A stretch of DNA of 64,000 nt from Candidatus Sericytochromatia bacterium (GTDB lineage Bacteria; Cyanobacteriota; Sericytochromatia; S15B-MN24; VGJW01), in assembly GCA_035285865.1 (NCBI GenBank), contig JAYKHS010000003.1, positions 96,001-160,000 of the forward strand. Reading direction: 5' to 3'. A program made the translations under genes and the position numbers. The notes beneath the pieces were generated by a model. The model had not been told where the DNA came from, did no database searches, and worked only from the letters and a program-made list of their open reading frames with translations. Shown here in pieces: positions 60,091-64,000 of this stretch (the first letter of the stretch is position 1; every line of letters starts with the position of its first letter).

Positions 60091-61293
60091 ATGACCCGTC
60101 TTCCCAAGGTCCTGCTGGCAGCAACCCTGAGTCTGGCCGTCCCCGGTTGCGCCATGGACGGTGCTGGCGTAGGCACCCTGCCCGGTAGCGCGAAACAAGC
60201 CGTCTCCCGCCTGACGTCGGCAGCCAAGGCCGTCGGCTCGGCGCTGGTCCAGGATGCCGTCACGGCACTTGTCGAGGAAAGTAACGGCGAGGTCGCAGAC
60301 TACGCCGTGATGGATCCCGGCACGTCCGCCAGCGGCTATCGTGTCCAACTGCTGGGTGCACCCAAGGCCACCGAGGGCATGGTCGGAATCACAGCAGCTC
60401 CCGAGGAGCAGGAGCCGGTGGCAGGCGCTCAGCCGCCGAGGGAGAGCACGCAGCCCCCGCTGCTCGGCTCCCAGCCTCCCCAGCAGCGCCCGCTCCTTGA
60501 TGGCCGCCCCCAGCTGCCCCCGATGTTCCAGGGCAAGCTCGACATGGTCCCTCCCCTTGCCGAACGGTCACGCCCCGACGGCTCCAAGGTCAAGCGCGGC
60601 AAGCCCGCGGACCAGGGCAAGGTCGACCAGCTCAAGCAACGAGCCGGCGAGCGCGTCGCGAAGCTGAAGGGCAAGGTCGAGGCCCAGCGCAAGGCAGTCC
60701 GTGACGCGATGGTCAAGGACAACGCCAAACGTGAGATTCTGGTGGGCGATGATGGCACGGTGGCCGTGGTCTCGTCTTTCGAGCACACCAACAAGGGCGG
60801 CACGCACTCCGTCAAGGCTCAGCAGATCTTCAAGGGCAGCAGCAAGGACGACGTGAAGCCCGAGAACCTGCTCTCGAGCGAAGTCCGGACCTTGCGCAGC
60901 CTGGCCGGTGGCCTGAAGTCGCAGAGCGTGCGGACGGTCGCCGTCAACGAGGATGGCAGCAAGGACATCACCTTCTCGCACACCCTCACTCGCAAGGACG
61001 GCAAGACCAAGACCGTCTCGTGGGAGCGCACCGTGCAAGCCGACGGCTCGTCGTCCGGGGAAGGCAAGATCGTGCGCTTCGACGGCAGCGAAGTCAGCAT
61101 CGTGCGGTCTGTCTCGGCCGATGGCATGGTCAAGGCGACGGTGACCGACACCCGCAACAAGGTCAAGGCCGAAGTCGCTCTGGATGAGGGCACTGGCGAG
61201 GTCAATGCCGAAGTTGCAAGCACGGATGCCGGCTCCGAAAAGGAGAGCGTCGCCGTGGCGGATGCCGAGACTGCCGAACCGGCCGCCGAGTAG
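60091..61293 (+). CDS. hypothetical lipoprotein with beta-rich C-terminus
   Basis: AGGAGG RBS, lipobox VPGC, repeated DG-turn beta hairpins. Confidence 0.8.
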   Translation: MTRLPKVLLAATLSLAVPGCAMDGAGVGTLPGSAKQAVSRLTSAAKAVGSALVQDAVTALVEESNGEVADYAVMDPGTSASGYRVQLLGAPKATEGMVGITAAPEEQEPVAGAQPPRESTQPPLLGSQPPQQRPLLDGRPQLPPMFQGKLDMVPPLAERSRPDGSKVKRGKPADQGKVDQLKQRAGERVAKLKGKVEAQRKAVRDAMVKDNAKREILVGDDGTVAVVSSFEHTNKGGTHSVKAQQIFKGSSKDDVKPENLLSSEVRTLRSLAGGLKSQSVRTVAVNEDGSKDITFSHTLTRKDGKTKTVSWERTVQADGSSSGEGKIVRFDGSEVSIVRSVSADGMVKATVTDTRNKVKAEVALDEGTGEVNAEVASTDAGSEKESVAVADAETAEPAAE

Positions 61294-61379
61294 CCAAGTG
61301 GCGTGGGGAGCGGCATCGTGTCGCTCCCCATCTATTTTTCCCCGAGGATGGATAACTTTTCTTGATGGGTATGGGGTAC

Positions 61380-61823
61380 ATGACCCTTCCCGAATCCGAG
61401 GTTTCAGTCTTGTCCAGCCGCCGCCTGATTGGCCTGAGCCTCGCGCTTACCCTGATGGCCCTGCCACTGCTGCTTCACGGGTGCACGGCCGAACAGCTGG
61501 CCCGCGCCGGTCTGCTGCGCGGCACCTTGCCTACGGCCTCCGTCATCGAGTGTCCGGAGCTGGATGACCTCGCCGAGGGTGACCCCTTCCCCGCTGGTTG
61601 CGAGGCCTTGCTGGAAGAGGAACAACGCCAGCGCGAGGAGGCCGAAGCCTCACCATCCGCAACGCCTGCCAGCACCCCCACGCCGGTCGGAGGCCTCTTC
61701 GGGCGCGTTGAATTCGGCTCCACACCCGTGCCATCCGTGACGACACCGCCCCCCTTCCCGAAGATCGAGACACCCACGCCGGAGCCCTTTCCCTCCGCGA
61801 TCCAGGGTTCGCTGGGCGAATAG
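61380..61823 (+). CDS. hypothetical lipoprotein, Pro/Thr-rich
   Basis: Lipobox LHGC and a PT-rich tail; start uncertain. Confidence 0.6.
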   Translation: MTLPESEVSVLSSRRLIGLSLALTLMALPLLLHGCTAEQLARAGLLRGTLPTASVIECPELDDLAEGDPFPAGCEALLEEEQRQREEAEASPSATPASTPTPVGGLFGRVEFGSTPVPSVTTPPPFPKIETPTPEPFPSAIQGSLGE

Positions 61824-61829
61824 ATTCTG

Positions 61830-63086
61830 ATGGGCCTCAAGGCGCCAAGCTTGGCCACGCGCATCCTGCTGGGTCTCGTGGCAGGTGCGCTGCTGGGAGC
61901 GTGGGCCCCGGATCTCGCGAAGCAGACTGCCCCCGTCGGCGAGGCATTCATCAGGCTCATCAAGCTCATCGTCGTCCCGATCCTGATCGCGACTATCACG
62001 GTCGGCATCGCTGATGCCGGAGACCTGAAGCGGGTCGGGACCCTCGGCTTCAAGACCCTGTTCTACTTCGAGGTCGTCACCACGATCGCCCTCGCCATGG
62101 GCATCGGCGCCGCCCACCTCCTCCAACCGGGGGCAGGACTCGACCCTGCCACCCTCGCCCACGCGGACGTGAGTCGACACGTCACCCGCGGTCAGGAATC
62201 CCACAACCTGCTGCTGGCTGCGATCCCGGCCAATGCAGTCGATGCCGCAGCGCGTGGAGACCTGTTGCAAGTGCTGGTGTTCTCGGTGCTGATGGGTCTG
62301 GCGACAGCTGCCGCAGGGCAGGCAGGAAGGCCTTGGCTCGAGGCCATGCGCTCGCTCGGCCAAGTGATGTTTCGCTTCACGCATCTGGTCATGGCGCTCG
62401 CGCCCTTCGGCGTGGCTGCGCTCGTGGCCCACACGGTGGCCACGTTCGGCCTGGGTGTCCTGCTGCCGCTTGGCAAGCTCGTAATCGGCCTCTACGTGAC
62501 GATGGCCATTTTCGTCACGGTGGTACTGGGCACGATTGCCAGGTTGGCGGGCCTGTCCCTGTGGCCCCTGATCCGGTCCCTTAGGGAAGAGCTGATCCTC
62601 GCCTTCTCGACCGCCAGTTCCGAAACCGTGCTCGCACGCCTCATGGACCGCCTCGTCGCGGCGGGTGTGCCACCGGGCATCGTGTCCTTCGTCCTGCCGA
62701 CGGGCTATACCTTCAACCTCGACGGGTCTTCCCTATACCAGGGCCTTGCCGTGCTGTTCATCGCCCAGGTCTTCCATATTGACCTGAGCCTGGGTCAACA
62801 GGTCGCCATCCTGCTGACGCTCATGGTGACCTCGAAGGGCATTGCCGGGGTGCCGGGGACTTCCTTCGTGGTGCTGGCTGCCACGCTCTCCTCGACGGGC
62901 CTGCCACTGGAGGGCCTGGCCCTCATCGCAGGTGTGGACCGCTTGATGGACATGGGTCGGACGGTGGTCAACGTCATCGGAAATGCCTTGGCCACGATGG
63001 TGATTGCCCGCTGGGAAGGCGTACCGGCCTCAACCCTCGGCTGGGACCGGACCGACGCGGTCGAACCCGTCCTGTCCGCCACCTGA
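61830..63086 (+). CDS. dicarboxylate/amino acid:cation symporter (GltP/DctA family)
   Basis: FSTASSE, PTGYTFNLDG, SKGIAGVPG and DRLMDMGRT. Confidence 0.93.
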   Translation: MGLKAPSLATRILLGLVAGALLGAWAPDLAKQTAPVGEAFIRLIKLIVVPILIATITVGIADAGDLKRVGTLGFKTLFYFEVVTTIALAMGIGAAHLLQPGAGLDPATLAHADVSRHVTRGQESHNLLLAAIPANAVDAAARGDLLQVLVFSVLMGLATAAAGQAGRPWLEAMRSLGQVMFRFTHLVMALAPFGVAALVAHTVATFGLGVLLPLGKLVIGLYVTMAIFVTVVLGTIARLAGLSLWPLIRSLREELILAFSTASSETVLARLMDRLVAAGVPPGIVSFVLPTGYTFNLDGSSLYQGLAVLFIAQVFHIDLSLGQQVAILLTLMVTSKGIAGVPGTSFVVLAATLSSTGLPLEGLALIAGVDRLMDMGRTVVNVIGNALATMVIARWEGVPASTLGWDRTDAVEPVLSAT

Positions 63087-63186
63087 ATCGCTTCGTCACA
63101 GCGTCCGGGCTAGGGTTGTGACCCCGGCCCGCCAGCCGGAAACTGCGCGCGGAACCCCTGCACGTCCAACGACGGAAGGAGTCGCG

Positions 63187-64000
63187 ATGACACGAAGTTT
63201 CGGATTGGCAACAGCCCTCATCGGGCCGATGGTGCTGGCCGCCTGCGGCTCGTCCCCTTCGGCTTGGCCGACCGGACCGGACCAGGCCATGAGGCTGCCC
63301 GGCGGCATGCGCGCACCGGACGGCCTGCTCGGCATCCAGCGCTGGCGGGACCTGGACGAACTCAAGCCCAGGATGAAGCGACAAGCAACGGACGCGCTGC
63401 CTCCGGTCGAGGCCCTCAAGAAGGATCTGCCCGAGCGCATCGCACGCGAAGATGGCGAAAAGCGGCTGGTGCGCATCCCGCGGGATCGAACCGGCAGACG
63501 CAGGGGCGGCAACGTCGGAGGCCTTGGCGACGATCCCCCGGATGTCGTCGGCTTCGGTGCGCTCGGAGGCTGCGGTCCCGTATGGAACAGCGGTTTCTGG
63601 GGAGGGGACGCGTGGAGCTTCGCGCCCTACGGCTGGGGCGGAAATCTGTACATGATCCCTTATGCCCTCGTAGGGGGCTGGTACGTGCCAGCCTACGTCC
63701 CCTTCTACTACGAAGCAGCCACTCTGGCGCCGTATCAGGACCTGCCGCTCGCCTACGGCGTGACGCCACTGGTGCCGCAGTACGTGACGACCCTCGCCCC
63801 ATTCGTCGGAGGTGTGACCCCGCCCGTTGGCGTTGCGGCCCCGATGGACGCAGGCCTCGTCGGAGGGGCGCTGCCTGCGGCAGCCTATCCCGGCCCGGGA
63901 GGCCCCTTGGGGTATGCAGGTGGCCCGACTACAGGCTATCCCGGGGGCTTTGCCGGCAGCCCCGGCCAGATGCCCGTCGGCTATGGCCCGGGCACTCCGG
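63187..64000 (+). CDS. lipoprotein with Gly/Pro/Tyr-rich low-complexity region (partial, runs off the window)
   Basis: AAGGAG RBS; MTRSFGLATALIGPMVLAAC lipobox; reading frame open to the window end. Not in the ORF track. Confidence 0.75.
   Translation, partial: MTRSFGLATALIGPMVLAACGSSPSAWPTGPDQAMRLPGGMRAPDGLLGIQRWRDLDELKPRMKRQATDALPPVEALKKDLPERIAREDGEKRLVRIPRDRTGRRRGGNVGGLGDDPPDVVGFGALGGCGPVWNSGFWGGDAWSFAPYGWGGNLYMIPYALVGGWYVPAYVPFYYEAATLAPYQDLPLAYGVTPLVPQYVTTLAPFVGGVTPPVGVAAPMDAGLVGGALPAAAYPGPGGPLGYAGGPTTGYPGGFAGSPGQMPVGYGPGTP

Noticed and set aside
63087..63186. Possible riboswitch or terminator (GTCACAGC...GTTGTGAC inverted repeat)
   Set aside because: Short imperfect stem, no U-tract and no recognisable aptamer consensus; would need an Rfam scan.

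Overview
High-GC bacterial chromosomal window with about 54 densely packed CDS. I saw no rRNA, tRNA, CRISPR array or mobile element. Most of it is housekeeping or envelope related: glnS, sodC, ppc, kbl-tdh, cphB-cphA (cyanophycin), glpD, lipB, tyrS with a HisKA_2 kinase/ANTAR pair, gltA, mdh, an adenylate cyclase, uvrC-M23-S41, transporters and many orphan lipoproteins. The outstanding feature is a translationally coupled 9-gene operon at 20036-28654 that looks like a complete, membrane-associated, eukaryote-like ubiquitination system. In order it encodes: a tandem (degenerate + active) AAA+ ATPase; a multi-TM/FHA/vWA protein; an E1 with catalytic Cys and Zn ribbons; a membrane protein with an 8-ligand RING-like finger (candidate E3); a beta-grasp Ubl that ends in Ala rather than Gly-Gly; a canonical HPN...C E2; a tail-anchored JAB/JAMM peptidase; and two coiled-coil proteins, one with a DUF2997/DUF1257-like end. 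An M48 protease follows. All product calls come from motifs read by eye with no database searches, and many start codons were re-chosen from the ORF track using RBS and stop/start overlap evidence.
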